Program-made: the position numbers and the translations under genes
NCBI GenBank assembly: GCA_022614695.1
Contig: JAKEIC010000342.1
Location: forward strand, 4,012 to 68,011
DNA: 64,000 nucleotides
Direction of reading: 5' to 3'
From: Planctomycetales bacterium
GTDB lineage: Bacteria; Planctomycetota; JAKEIC01
The notes under the pieces: generated by a model
Database searches by the model: none
What the model was told of the DNA's origin: nothing
The model's input: only the letters and a program-made list of their open reading frames with translations
Shown here: positions 9,207 through 19,216 of the stretch, one piece after another
How positions within the stretch are numbered: the first letter of the stretch is position 1
Layout of the letters: the number at the start of each line of letters is the position of its first letter

Positions 9207-9260
9207 CCGTCCGGCAAGGTGCCGTCGGAGCCGGACGATCACTCCGAGATAGTGGGGGCG

Positions 9261-10112
9261 TCAGCGGCCGCCGGGAAGCGAGACTCGGTCCTTCATCCGG
9301 GCCCACCAATCCTGCCAGACCCGGCGATGAGGCGGGAGGTTCATGCGGCCCAGCGGAGTCTCCTGCAACCAGGCTTCGATCAGTCCGGTAATCGCTACGG
9401 ACAGGTAGTCGTCGTCGGCCTCCGGGGGGTCAAGGAGCATCTCGATCAACTCAGGGAGGGCAGCCTTGCGCGGATGCCCGCGCAGGCCTTGGCAGATCGC
9501 GTCGACGAGCCGAACCCGAGCTTCCGCGGAACGGCGGGATGCGCTATTCACACCGGCAAGGGGTCGTCGCCCTTCCTTCCGGAGGCGTTCGAGCAGGGCG
9601 GGATAGATCGTCTCTTCGTTCCACACGGGGGGGGCACAGAGGACCCTCACGATCGTCCACCTCTCGTCGAGACCCTCCTGAGCGAGCAGGACCAGGCACG
9701 CATCGAGGTACTTGAGGTCCACACGCTCGCGAGACGGCAAGGCCGCGTTGGCTGGCGGTGGGACCCCGAGCTCTCGGAGTTTCTCGACGATCTCGCTCGG
9801 AAGCGTCGGGGGCGGCGACGCGGTGAGCGGGGTGTCCGTCCCGGCGACGACCTCGGACGAGCTCGCTCGTTGCATCGACGGCGCGCGCTCGATCCTCTCG
9901 ATCCTCCGCTCCAGCTCCGTGAGCTTCTCGGAGATCGTCTGAAGCGCGAGGAGCGCGCCCGAGTCGCGCGGGACGGCGGCTTCGAGGGCGGAGGAGCGCC
10001 GCGCCGGCGCCCAGGGAGCGAAGGCGAGCATCGCCGCGAGGACAACGCCCGCGCCGAGGAAGGCCGCGAGGGCGGGGAGCCAGAGGCGCCACGCCGGTCC
10101 CGGGGAGTCCAT
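9261..10112 (-). CDS. hypothetical single-pass membrane protein with coiled-coil
   Basis: ATG at 10112 inside longer ORF 9261..10619 (upstream part is Gly/Arg-rich artefact). N-terminal TM WLPALAAFLGAGVVLAAMLAF, then ELERRIERIER coiled coil. Start overlaps the stop of the upstream CYTH gene (TGATG). Confidence 0.5.
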   Translation of the reverse strand: MDSPGPAWRLWLPALAAFLGAGVVLAAMLAFAPWAPARRSSALEAAVPRDSGALLALQTISEKLTELERRIERIERAPSMQRASSSEVVAGTDTPLTASPPPTLPSEIVEKLRELGVPPPANAALPSRERVDLKYLDACLVLLAQEGLDERWTIVRVLCAPPVWNEETIYPALLERLRKEGRRPLAGVNSASRRSAEARVRLVDAICQGLRGHPRKAALPELIEMLLDPPEADDDYLSVAITGLIEAWLQETPLGRMNLPPHRRVWQDWWARMKDRVSLPGGR

Positions 10113-10639
10113 CAGCCGGGGATCGTAGCAGACCTCGCGAGCAGGAGGTCCGAGTACGACACCGGCACCAGGTCCGCTTCGGCCACTCCGAGCAATCCCC
10201 GCCAGCGCTCGGCCTCGGCCGCGAGCGGGGCAAGGTCGGCGCCCTCCGGCCCCTCGACTTCCACCTCGACGAAGCTCCCGAGCCCTTCCACCTCGTCCAC
10301 GTGGACCTTCACCGCGCCCGCCCGGAAGAGCTCGCGCCGCTTCCCGACGACGACGCGCACCCCGCAGGCGGCCCCGAGGAGGGGTCCCAGCTCCGCCGGC
10401 GGGTCGTGGACGAGGAGCACCCGGCTCTCCCGGGTCCGCGCCCCGTCCGCGCGCTCGTAGAAGACGATCTCCCGGCCGAGGTCCCCCTCGCGGAGCTTGA
10501 GCCGCCCCCGCGGGACGTCGTAGTAGGTGTCCACCTGCCGGCCGGCGTTCGCGAGGCGGGCCCCGGCGGCGACTGCCGCCCGCCGCGCCGCCTCCGGGTG
10601 CCGGCAGCGCGCCTTCCACTCGGCGTTCACGAGGCGCAC
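10112..10639 (-). CDS. CYTH-domain protein (class IV adenylyl cyclase CyaB / triphosphatase-like)
   Basis: C-terminal 175 aa of artefact ORF 10112..13009. VNAEWKAR (ExExK-like), VHVDEVEGLGSFVEVEVE, LVPVSYSDLL collinear with CyaB. GTG at 10639 (alt 10630). Confidence 0.7.
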   Translation of the reverse strand: MRLVNAEWKARCRHPEAARRAAVAAGARLANAGRQVDTYYDVPRGRLKLREGDLGREIVFYERADGARTRESRVLLVHDPPAELGPLLGAACGVRVVVGKRRELFRAGAVKVHVDEVEGLGSFVEVEVEGPEGADLAPLAAEAERWRGLLGVAEADLVPVSYSDLLLARSATIPG

Positions 10640-10672
10640 GGAAGCTGCGATGGGTCCATAATAGCCGCCGCC

Positions 10673-13045
10673 GTGAACATCGGGCCCTACGAGGTGATCG
10701 GAGAGCTCGGCCGCGGCGGGATGGGCACCGTCTACCGCGCCCGGGACCCGGAGCTCCGGCGCGAGATCGCGCTCAAGGTGCTCGAGCGCGGCGCCGCCTC
10801 GGACGAGCGCGCCCGGTTCCTCCGCGAGGGACGGACCGGCGCGCGTCTGCGCCACCCGAACATCGTGACGGTCCACGCGGCGGGGGAGGCCGACGGCGCC
10901 GCCTTCATCGCGCAGGAGCTGATCGAGGGCGAGAGCCTCGCCCACGCCCTCGCCCGCGAGCCCTTCCCGCCGGAGCGGGCGGCGCGGCTCGTCGCGACGG
11001 TGGCGCGCGCCCTCGGCCACGCCCACCGCGAGGGCGTGGTCCACCGCGACGTGAAGCCGGGGAACATCCTCCTCGACCGGGCGGGCGAGCCCCACCTCGC
11101 CGACTTCGGTCTCGCGCGGACCGTCGAGGCCTCGGCCGCGCTCTCGCGCTCGGGCCAGGCGATCGGGACCCCGCACTACATGTCGCCCGAGCAGGCGAGC
11201 GGCCGGGTGGGCGTCGTGGACGCCCGCACGGACGTCTGGGGCTGCGGGATGGTCCTCTACGAGTGCCTCGCGGCCGCCCGGCCCTTCGAGGCCGAGGGGC
11301 CCATGGCCGTGATGACGGCGATCGTGCACGAGGAGCCCGTGCCGCTCCGGCGCCGGGTCCCCTCCGTGCCCGCAGCGCTCGACGTGGTCGTCGCACGCTG
11401 CCTCGAGAAGGAGCCGGACCGGCGCTACAGCTCGGCCGACGCCCTGGCCGAGGACCTGGAGAGGTACCTCGGGGGGCGTCCGGTCCTGGCTCGGGCCCCG
11501 GGGCTCGCGGAGAGGTGTCGCCGGCGCGTCCGCCGGAACCCGGCTGCCTACGGTGTCGGCGCGGCGCTCGGCGCCGTGGCGCTCCTCCTCGCCGGGGCGC
11601 TGGCCGTGCGCACGCTCCGCGAACGGGCCGGCCGCGCCGAGGAGGCGCGGCGCGCGGAGGAGCGCGTGCGGGCCCAGGCGGAGGGGTTCCTCGCCGAGGC
11701 GCGGGCGGCGCGGGAGGAGATCCGGCGCCTCGACGAGGCGCTCGCGAAGGTCCCCCGCGTGGAGGATCCCGCCGCCGAGGGGGGGGAGGGCGAGTCCGAA
11801 CGCGCCCGGCTCTGGCAGGAGCGCGAGGAGCAGACCGTGCTCGTCCGGAGCCACTACCTCGCCGTGCGTAGGATCCTCCGGGAGGAGCCCGGGCGGCCCG
11901 AGGCCCGGGAGGCGTCCGAGTCGCTCGGGGCCATCGCCTGGGCGCGACTCGTCGAGGCCGAGGCGGAAGGGAACCGCGAGGCGGCCGCGCGGTTCGAGGC
12001 GCTGCTGCGAGAGGCTGCCCCCGAGCGCTACGCGCAGGAGCTTCGCGGGGACGGCACGCTCACGCTCCGGACCGATCCTCCGGGGGCGGAGGTCGAGGCG
12101 CTCCAGTACGGGGAGGAGGACGGGAAGCTCGTCGCGAGGCCCTGGCGCCCCCTCGGGACGACTCCCATCGAGAAGGCGCCCTTGCCCATGGGCTCGTACC
12201 TCCTCGTCCTCCGGAAGGAGGGCTGCCGCGACGTCCGCTACCCGGTCCTCGTCGAGCGCGGGGAGGACGACGTCTCCCGCGACCCGGTCCCCCTCCTCAC
12301 GGACCGTCAGATCGGCAAGGGCTACGTCTGGGTCCCGCCGGGCGAGGCGATCCTCGGCGGCGACCCGAAGGCGCCCTACGCCTGGTCGCGGCGTAAGCGC
12401 TGGGTCGCGGGGTTCTGCCTCGCGGAGCGTGAGGTCACGTTCCGGGAGTACCGGGAGTTCCTCGGGGCGCTCCTCGCGAGGGGCGCCCCGGCGGCCGAGG
12501 TCGAGGCGCGCTGCCCGCGCCGGAGCGGGGTGGGTGGGGGCTACTGGGGCGTGCGCGATGGCCAGGTCGTCGAGCGCGGGCGCATCCCGGAGGAGTTCCC
12601 CGTCTTCGGCATCTCCTGGGGCGACGCCGACGCCTACGCCCGATGGCGGGGCGAGGTCGAGGGGCGCGGGGCGCGGCTCCCGACCGAGGAGGAGTGGGAG
12701 CGGGCCGCCCGCGGGGCCGACGGCCGGCTCTTCCCGTGGGGGAACGTCTTCCGCTGGGAGCGCGTCGTGGGCGGCCGGAGCCCGGTCCACGGCGAGCGGC
12801 CGCGCCCGAGACCCCCGGGGACCGCGGCCGACGACGTCTCGCCGTTCGGGGTGCGCGACCTCGCCGGGAGCGTCTACGAGTGGTGCGACGACCTGATCTC
12901 CGGCCGCAACCGCGCCGCGCGCGGCGGCGCCTGGGGCCACCTGAACACGAGCTACTTCCGCGCCGCATACCGGAACGGATACGACGAGACGCTCCTCGGG
13001 GACATGCACGGATTCCGGGTGCGGGCGGAGCCGAAGGCCCGATGA
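10673..13045 (+). CDS. Ser/Thr protein kinase - TM - coiled coil - FGE/sulfatase-modifying-factor domain protein
   Basis: GELGRGGMGTVY, ALKVL, HRDVKPGNILL, DFGLAR, YMSPEQ. TM AAYGVGAALGAVALLLAGALAV. C-terminal FGE-type domain (GYVWVPPGE...RLPTEEEWERAARG...YEWCDD...RGGAWG...GFRVRAE). GTG start 10673 fits the canonical position before the G-loop. Confidence 0.85.
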   Translation: MNIGPYEVIGELGRGGMGTVYRARDPELRREIALKVLERGAASDERARFLREGRTGARLRHPNIVTVHAAGEADGAAFIAQELIEGESLAHALAREPFPPERAARLVATVARALGHAHREGVVHRDVKPGNILLDRAGEPHLADFGLARTVEASAALSRSGQAIGTPHYMSPEQASGRVGVVDARTDVWGCGMVLYECLAAARPFEAEGPMAVMTAIVHEEPVPLRRRVPSVPAALDVVVARCLEKEPDRRYSSADALAEDLERYLGGRPVLARAPGLAERCRRRVRRNPAAYGVGAALGAVALLLAGALAVRTLRERAGRAEEARRAEERVRAQAEGFLAEARAAREEIRRLDEALAKVPRVEDPAAEGGEGESERARLWQEREEQTVLVRSHYLAVRRILREEPGRPEAREASESLGAIAWARLVEAEAEGNREAAARFEALLREAAPERYAQELRGDGTLTLRTDPPGAEVEALQYGEEDGKLVARPWRPLGTTPIEKAPLPMGSYLLVLRKEGCRDVRYPVLVERGEDDVSRDPVPLLTDRQIGKGYVWVPPGEAILGGDPKAPYAWSRRKRWVAGFCLAEREVTFREYREFLGALLARGAPAAEVEARCPRRSGVGGGYWGVRDGQVVERGRIPEEFPVFGISWGDADAYARWRGEVEGRGARLPTEEEWERAARGADGRLFPWGNVFRWERVVGGRSPVHGERPRPRPPGTAADDVSPFGVRDLAGSVYEWCDDLISGRNRAARGGAWGHLNTSYFRAAYRNGYDETLLGDMHGFRVRAEPKAR

Positions 13046-15000
13046 ATTCCGCTCCCGCTCCCGGCCCCCCCCGCGCGTACCTCACCGACTTCGGCCTCGC
13101 GAAGTCCGTCGCGACCGGCTCGAAGCTCACGCGCACCGGCCAGGCGCTCGGGACGCCGGCCTACATGAGCCCGGAGCAGGCCCGGGGCGAGGTCTCCTCC
13201 CTCACGCCGGCGACGGACGTCTGGGGCCTGGGCTGCGTGCTCTACGAGATGCTGGCGGGAAGGCAGCCCTTCGAGGCCGAGACAAGCGAGGGGGTGGTGG
13301 TGGGGCGGATCCTCCTGACCGAGCCGCCGCGGCTCCGGACCCGGCGTGGGGACGTCCCGGCAGGGCTCGAACGAGTGGTCCGGGTGACCCTCGCGAAACG
13401 GGGTCAGGACCGCTACCGGGGCTCGGACGCCCTGAGAGACGACCTGGGCCGCGTGCTCGTCGGGAGCCGGCCGCGCGCGCGGCTGCCCGGGTGGCGGCTC
13501 CGCACCGGGGCCGGGCTTGCCGTGGCTGTCGCGGCGGGGCTCGGTATCGCGGCCGCGTGGCCTCGGGAGTTGCCGCCCGCTCCCGCAGTCCGCGCGGGCC
13601 CTGCCTCATCGGAGGCCGATCTCCTCGCGGCTCGGGCCCGAGGGCTCCGGCAGGCGGATCCCCGGGAGGCGGCCAGGCTCCTGGGGCAGGCGCTGTCTGC
13701 AGCGCCCGAGCGGCACGACTGGAGGCTCGAGAGAGGGCTCCTCCTCTGGGCCGTGGGCCAGTGGAAAGCCGCGCGCGAGGAGTGGGGCTCGATCCCCGAG
13801 AGCGCGACCGTCGGGAGCCGCGCGAGGCTCTATCGGGGGCTCGAGGCGCTCTTCCGGCTGGAGGGCGGCGTCTTCCACGCGGAAGAGGGGCGACCCGACC
13901 TCGAAGCGGCGGCGGCGGGGAGGGGTGAGGTGGCCCAGATCGCTAGGGGAGCGCTGGCAACCCTGTCGCACGACTGGTCCGAGGCCCGCAGGAGGCTCCG
14001 GGACGCTCCGGGCTGGGAGGCGGCGCTCCTTCGTGGATACGTGGAAGCGGGAGCCGAGAAGGGGGACGAGGCCGCCGCCGTCCGCGAGTACGGTCGCGCC
14101 CTCGAGGAGGGGATCCCGTTCGCGTGGGTCCTGGCCAGTCGTGGGGCCGTGCGTCACGGCCTCGGAGACCTCCGCGGCGCGCTGGAGGATTACGACGCGT
14201 CGCTCAGGCTCCAGCCCGGCACCCAGGCGGCGCTCTGCAATCGGGGGCTCGCGAAGCGAGACCTCCGAGACCCCCGCGGGGCGCTCGCCGACTACGACGC
14301 CGCGCTCCGGATCTGGCCGGACGACCCGGTCGCCCTCAACGGCCGGGGCGCCGCCCGGGCGCTCCTCGGAGACCTCGTCGGGGCGATCGAGGACCACGGC
14401 GCCGCACTGAGGCTCCGGCCGGACTTCCACGACGCCCGTTCCTACCGCGGCGCCGCGCGGCAGACCCTCGGGGACTACCGCGGGGCCATCGAGGACTACG
14501 ACGCCGCCCTCGCCCTGCTCCCGGACTTCCCCGAGGTGCACCTGAATCGGGGGGGCGTCCGGTGGGTCCTCGGGGACGTCCCTGGGGCGCTCGCTGACTA
14601 CGACGCCGCGCTCAGGCTCCGGCCCGGCTACGACCAGGCCCTCGTGGCTCGGGCGAACGCCCGCCTCGATCTCGGGGAGGATGGCCCGGCACTCGAGGAC
14701 TTCACGGCCGCCGTCGCCGCCGCCCCCACGCCGCGTCTCCACGGGTCGAGGGCCCTGGCGCTCGCGCGGCTCGGCCGGCTCGACGAGGCGCTCGCCGCCG
14801 CGGCGACGGCGCTCTCGATGGACCCGAAGGGACCCCACTACGCGTACGCGGCGCGAGGGCTCGTGAGGCTGCGGCAGGGCCGGCGAGCCGAGGCGCTCGC
14901 CGAGTTCGAGACATTCGACTCGCTCGCGCCTCGGACGGACCCGCTCCGGACGCAGGTCGCCGGTTGGAGGGCGGAGGCGGCAGGCGACGTCCCGAAGTAG
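13042..15000 (+). CDS. kinase C-lobe-only (DFG-to-end, no N-lobe) - TM - TPR-repeat protein, paralog 1
   Basis: Starts MNSAPAPGPPRAYLTDFGLAKSVATGSKLTRTGQALGTPAYMSPEQ..., i.e. at kinase subdomain VII. No G-loop, VAIK Lys or HRD. TM GLAVAVAAGLGIAAAW, then about 10 TPR units. ATGA overlap with the kinase stop. Confidence 0.7.
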   Translation: MNSAPAPGPPRAYLTDFGLAKSVATGSKLTRTGQALGTPAYMSPEQARGEVSSLTPATDVWGLGCVLYEMLAGRQPFEAETSEGVVVGRILLTEPPRLRTRRGDVPAGLERVVRVTLAKRGQDRYRGSDALRDDLGRVLVGSRPRARLPGWRLRTGAGLAVAVAAGLGIAAAWPRELPPAPAVRAGPASSEADLLAARARGLRQADPREAARLLGQALSAAPERHDWRLERGLLLWAVGQWKAAREEWGSIPESATVGSRARLYRGLEALFRLEGGVFHAEEGRPDLEAAAAGRGEVAQIARGALATLSHDWSEARRRLRDAPGWEAALLRGYVEAGAEKGDEAAAVREYGRALEEGIPFAWVLASRGAVRHGLGDLRGALEDYDASLRLQPGTQAALCNRGLAKRDLRDPRGALADYDAALRIWPDDPVALNGRGAARALLGDLVGAIEDHGAALRLRPDFHDARSYRGAARQTLGDYRGAIEDYDAALALLPDFPEVHLNRGGVRWVLGDVPGALADYDAALRLRPGYDQALVARANARLDLGEDGPALEDFTAAVAAAPTPRLHGSRALALARLGRLDEALAAAATALSMDPKGPHYAYAARGLVRLRQGRRAEALAEFETFDSLAPRTDPLRTQVAGWRAEAAGDVPK

Positions 15001-15016
15001 GATCGCGCCCCGGGAG

Positions 15017-17215
15017 TTGACGCCCGGGAGAATCCTCGTGGGAACCAAGCCCGACACGGCGATGTCGGCACCCCGCCTCGAGCCCCGCGCCTTCCTCACC
15101 GACTTCGGCCTCGCGAAGTCCGTCGCGACTGGCTCGAAGCTCACGCGCACCGGCCAGGCCCTCGGGACGCCGGCCTACATGAGCCCGGAACAGGCCCGGG
15201 GCGAGGTCTCGTCGCTCACCACGGCGACGGACGTCTGGAGCCTCGGCAGCGTCCTCTTCGAGCTGCTCGCGGGGCGGCCGGCCTTCGAGGGGGAGACCTC
15301 CGCCGCGATCGTCGGGAGGATCCTCCTGGCGGAGCCGACGCGCCTCCGGAGGGTCCGGCCCGACGCCCCGCGTGGGCTCGATCGGGTGGTGCGGGTCGCC
15401 CTCGCCAAGCGGGCGCGGGATCGCTACCGCGACGCCGGCGCCCTGCGGGACGACCTCGCCCGGGTGCTCCGCGGCGAGTCGCCGCGGGCGCGCCCCGCGG
15501 GGACCTGGCGCCGGGTCGCGGTCCCCGTCGCGATCGCCTCGGGGGTGGTCCTCGCCCTCGCGGCCTTCCGCGGGCCGCGCGTCGCCGCACCGGCCGAGCT
15601 GCCCTCCTCCGGGGACTCCGAGGCCGAGAAGCTCGTGGTGGCGAGCCGCGCCCTCCGGCACTCCGACCCGCGGGGGGCCGCCGGGCTCCTCGGGCAGGCC
15701 CTCGCGCTCGATCCGTCGCGACCGGGGCTGCGTCTCGAGCGGGGACTCCTCCTCTGGGCGGTGGGAGAGGGCCCGGCGGCGCGGGAGGAGTGGGGACGCA
15801 TCGCGGCCGGGGTCCCCGAGGCCGCGGCCGCGAGGCTCTACCTCGGCCTCGAGGCCCTCTTCCACGCCGGGGGCGCCGACCCGCGGTTGGCGGAGGCCGA
15901 GGACCACCTGCGGAGGACCGCGGCCGGGGACGGCCCGGAGGCGCTCCTCGCCCGCGCCGCGCTCGCGGCCCTCGATTCCGAGTGGGGCTCGGCCCGCGCG
16001 CTGCTCCGCGACGCGAGGGGATGGGTCGCGGACGCCCTCCGCGGGTACGTGGAGGGGGTGGACCCGGCCGGGGATCCGCAGGCCGCGGCGCGCGCCGACA
16101 CGGCGGCGCTCGAGCAAGGCATCCCGTTCGCGTGGATCTACTGCAACCGGTCCGCCGCGCGGACACTGCTGGGCGACCCGCGCGGGGGACTCGAGGACGC
16201 CGAGCGGAGCCTCGCGCTCAGCGCCGGCATCGTCGAGGCGTACGCGAATCGCGGGGAGGCCCGGTCGCGCCTGGGGGACCGCGCCGGGGCGGTCGAGGAC
16301 TTCGGGAAGGTCCTCGACCATCGGCCGCGATCCTGGGAGGCCTGGACGAGGCGAGGCACCCTCCGGTACGAACTGCGGGACCTCCGCGGCGCCCTCGAGG
16401 ACTTCTCGGCGGCCCTCCGCCTGCGGCCGGACGACCCGGAGCGCCTCAACGACCGCGCCGGCGTCCTGCACGATCTCGGGGAGTACGACCGGGCCCTGGC
16501 CGACTGCGAGGCCGCGCTTCGGCTCCGACCCGAGTACCCCGACGCCCTGGCCAACCGGGGCGCGGTCCGCCTGGGGCTCAGCGACCCCCGGGGCGCGGTC
16601 GCGGACTTCGCGGCCGCCCTGCGGCTGCGTCCGGACATCCCCGAGATCCTGGTCAACCGGGGCATTGCCCGGCATGCGATGAGCGACCTCCGCGGGGCGG
16701 CCGAGGACTTCGACTCGGCCCTCCGGCTCCGGCCGGAGTATGACCAGGCCCACGCGGCGCGTGGGATCGTCCGGCGAGACCTCGGCGACCCGTCGGGGTC
16801 CGTCGAGGACCTCACCGCCGCCCTCGCCGTCCGCGCCGACGACCCGGAGTTCCTCGGCGCCCGGGGCCTCGCGCGGCGGGACCTCGGGGATCTCCCCGGG
16901 GCCCTCTCGGACCTGGATCGCGCGGTCGCCCGGGACGAGCGGAACCCGACGTACCGGAGCAACCGCGCCCTCACGCTCGCGCAGCTCGGCCGGCACGACG
17001 AGGCGCTCGCCGAGGCCGCGCGGGCCCTCGCGGCGGATCCGCAGGGCCCCTACTATGCCCATGCCGCCCGGGGGCTGGTGTTCCTTCGCCAAGCCGAACT
17101 CGCGAAAGCCCTCGCCGAATTCGAGCGCTTCGAGGCGCTCGCGGCGCCAGGGGACATGCTGCGGAAGGAGGTCGCCGCCTGGAGAAGAGAAGCGGCCGGA
17201 GGCCCCCAGAAGTAG
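15017..17215 (+). CDS. kinase C-lobe-only - TM - TPR-repeat protein, paralog 2
   Basis: ...RAFLTDFGLAKSVATGSKLTRTGQALGTPAYMSPEQARGE, TM VAVPVAIASGVVLALAAF, TPR array. TTG 15017 per ORF track. GTG 15038 preceded by GGGAG is a good alternative start. Confidence 0.7.
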   Translation: MTPGRILVGTKPDTAMSAPRLEPRAFLTDFGLAKSVATGSKLTRTGQALGTPAYMSPEQARGEVSSLTTATDVWSLGSVLFELLAGRPAFEGETSAAIVGRILLAEPTRLRRVRPDAPRGLDRVVRVALAKRARDRYRDAGALRDDLARVLRGESPRARPAGTWRRVAVPVAIASGVVLALAAFRGPRVAAPAELPSSGDSEAEKLVVASRALRHSDPRGAAGLLGQALALDPSRPGLRLERGLLLWAVGEGPAAREEWGRIAAGVPEAAAARLYLGLEALFHAGGADPRLAEAEDHLRRTAAGDGPEALLARAALAALDSEWGSARALLRDARGWVADALRGYVEGVDPAGDPQAAARADTAALEQGIPFAWIYCNRSAARTLLGDPRGGLEDAERSLALSAGIVEAYANRGEARSRLGDRAGAVEDFGKVLDHRPRSWEAWTRRGTLRYELRDLRGALEDFSAALRLRPDDPERLNDRAGVLHDLGEYDRALADCEAALRLRPEYPDALANRGAVRLGLSDPRGAVADFAAALRLRPDIPEILVNRGIARHAMSDLRGAAEDFDSALRLRPEYDQAHAARGIVRRDLGDPSGSVEDLTAALAVRADDPEFLGARGLARRDLGDLPGALSDLDRAVARDERNPTYRSNRALTLAQLGRHDEALAEAARALAADPQGPYYAHAARGLVFLRQAELAKALAEFERFEALAAPGDMLRKEVAAWRREAAGGPQK

Positions 17216-17227
17216 GATCGCGCCGTG
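17210..17227 (+). promoter_or_regulatory. conserved intergenic junction AAGTAGGATCGCGCCGTG (stop TAG + AGGA SD + 7 nt + GTG start)
   Basis: Identical 18-mer (20-mer with following CG) at 19199..19216, 21407..21424 and 23891..23908. Confidence 0.6.
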
Positions 17228-19204
17228 CGGGGCGCCGCGGCACCGATGACGTCCGGCCGCCCCGTCGAGCCCCGCGCCTTCCTCACCGACTTCGGCCTCG
17301 CGAAGGCCGTCGCGACGGGCTCGAGATTCACGAGGTCCGGCGACGCCCTGGGGACCCCGGCCTACATGTCCCCCGAGCAGGCGCGCGGAGAGGCGTCGTC
17401 GCTCACGCCCGCGACGGACGTCTGGTCGCTCGGAGGGACGCTCTACGAGATGCTGGCCGCTCGGCCGCCGTTCCCGGGGGAATCGGCGGCCGCGATCGTG
17501 GGCGCGCTCCTCACGCGGGAACCCCGGCGGATCCAACGGGACCGGCCGGACGTCCCGCGCGCCCTGGATCGGGTCCTCCGGTGCTCGCTCGCGAAGGCGG
17601 CGCGCGCGCGGTACGCCGACGCCGGGGCTGTCCGCGACGACCTCGACCGGGTCCTCCGGGGCGAGCCGCCCCGGGCGAGGCTCCCGGGCTCGGGGCGCCT
17701 CCAGGCCGCCGCGGCCGTCCTCGCCGCCGGGCTCGCCGCCTGGGTCGCGCTCCTCGTCCTCCCACGCGGGGAGGGCGACTCCCCTTCGCCCGTCTCTCGG
17801 CCCGCCTCCTCGGCGGCCGAGGCTCTCGCGGCGCGGGCCTCCGGCCTCCGGGAGGGCGACCCGGCCGCCGCGGCGCGGCGCCTCGCGGAGGCCCTTGCCC
17901 TGGAGCCGGCGCGTCCGGCGTGGCGCCTCGAACTCGGGCTGCTCCTCTGGGCGCTCGGCGATGGCGAGGCGGCCCGGGCGGAGTGGGGCGGGGTCCCGCG
18001 AGAGGCGCCCGAGGGCCGGCGCGCGAGGCTCTACCGGGCTCTGGAGCCGCTCTTCCAGCTGCGGGAGCCCGGTTCCGCCTCGGGCGCGGACGCGGCCGCG
18101 CTCGGGGAGCTCGCCACCGGGGGCGACGCGGAGGCGCGCCTGGCCCGCGCGGCGCTCGCGTGCTCCTCGAGCCGCTGGCCCGAGACCCGGGCGGCTCTCG
18201 GGGCGCTGGAGGGCTGGGAGCCCGCCCTCCTGCGAGGCTACGTCGAGGCGATGGACCCTCGCGGCGACCCGACGGCGGCCGTCCGTGAGCTGTCCGCCGC
18301 GCTCACCGCCGGGATCCCGTTCGCTTGGGTCTACAGCCTCCGCGGGATGGCCCGCGAGGCCGCGGGCGATCTCCGTGGCGCGGAGGAGGACCAGACGGCG
18401 GCGCTCCGGCTGCTGCCGGCGTTCCCGGATGCGCTCACGAATCGGGGAACCGCCCGCTTGGGGCAGGGCCGGATCGCCGACGCGATCGCGGATCACACCG
18501 AGGCGCTGCGATACCGTCCCCGGGACGCCGCCGCGCTCAACAACCGCGCGAACGCCCGGCGGGCCGCGGGGGACTTGCGAGGGGCGGTCGCGGACTACTC
18601 CGCCGCGCTGGCGATCGAGCCCCACAACCCCGAGATGCTGAACAACCGGGGCCTCGCCCGGGCGATGCTGGGCGAATCGCGGGAGGCCTTCGCCGACGCC
18701 GACGCGGCCGTCCGTCTCCGGCCGGGGATGGCGGGAGCGTGGAACACGCGGGGCCTCGCGCGCTGGGGGCTCGGCGACTCCGCCGGGGCGATCGAGGACT
18801 ATTCGGCGGCCCTGCGCCTGGAGCCGCGGCGGCCGACGACCCTCCTGAGCCGCGCGCTGGCGAGGCGCGACCGCGGCGACCGCGAGAGCGCCCTCCGCGA
18901 CGTGGAGGAGGCGCTCGCCCTCGACCCCTCGCGGGCGACCGCCCACAGCAATCGGGCGCTCCTCCTGGCGGAGGTCGGCCGCGTGGGGGAAGCCCTCGCC
19001 AGCGCCGATCGGGCCCTCGCGATGGACCCGACGGGTGCGTACTACGCCCACGCCGCGCGCGGGCTGGTGCTGCTCCGCGAGGGAAGGAACGCCCAAGCCC
19101 TCGACGAGTTCGGGAAGTTCGATTCGCTCGCGGCGCCGGGGGACCCGCTCCGGAGGGACGTCGCCGTCTGGAAGGCGGAGGCGGCCGGGGGCGTCCCGAA
19201 GTAG
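17225..19204 (+). CDS. kinase C-lobe-only - TM - TPR-repeat protein, paralog 3
   Basis: VRGAAAPMTSGRPVEPRAFLTDFGLAKAVATGSRFTRSGDALGTPAYMSPEQ. GTG start 9 nt after upstream stop with AGGA SD. Confidence 0.7.
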   Translation: MRGAAAPMTSGRPVEPRAFLTDFGLAKAVATGSRFTRSGDALGTPAYMSPEQARGEASSLTPATDVWSLGGTLYEMLAARPPFPGESAAAIVGALLTREPRRIQRDRPDVPRALDRVLRCSLAKAARARYADAGAVRDDLDRVLRGEPPRARLPGSGRLQAAAAVLAAGLAAWVALLVLPRGEGDSPSPVSRPASSAAEALAARASGLREGDPAAAARRLAEALALEPARPAWRLELGLLLWALGDGEAARAEWGGVPREAPEGRRARLYRALEPLFQLREPGSASGADAAALGELATGGDAEARLARAALACSSSRWPETRAALGALEGWEPALLRGYVEAMDPRGDPTAAVRELSAALTAGIPFAWVYSLRGMAREAAGDLRGAEEDQTAALRLLPAFPDALTNRGTARLGQGRIADAIADHTEALRYRPRDAAALNNRANARRAAGDLRGAVADYSAALAIEPHNPEMLNNRGLARAMLGESREAFADADAAVRLRPGMAGAWNTRGLARWGLGDSAGAIEDYSAALRLEPRRPTTLLSRALARRDRGDRESALRDVEEALALDPSRATAHSNRALLLAEVGRVGEALASADRALAMDPTGAYYAHAARGLVLLREGRNAQALDEFGKFDSLAAPGDPLRRDVAVWKAEAAGGVPK

Positions 19205-19216
19205 GATCGCGCCGTG
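19199..19216 (+). promoter_or_regulatory. conserved junction motif copy
   Basis: AAGTAGGATCGCGCCGTG. Confidence 0.6.

Noticed and set aside
7593-9391. 549-aa minus ORF and 518-aa plus ORF 7835..9391 overlapping the MEMO1-AMMECR1 gene
   Set aside because: Alternative-frame artefacts with an extreme Arg/Gly/Pro/Asp bias.
10112-13045. Upper 790 codons of minus ORF 10112..13009 and other ORFs antisense to the FGE-kinase
   Set aside because: Antisense to a confidently identified kinase. Only the last 175 codons (CYTH domain) look like a real protein.
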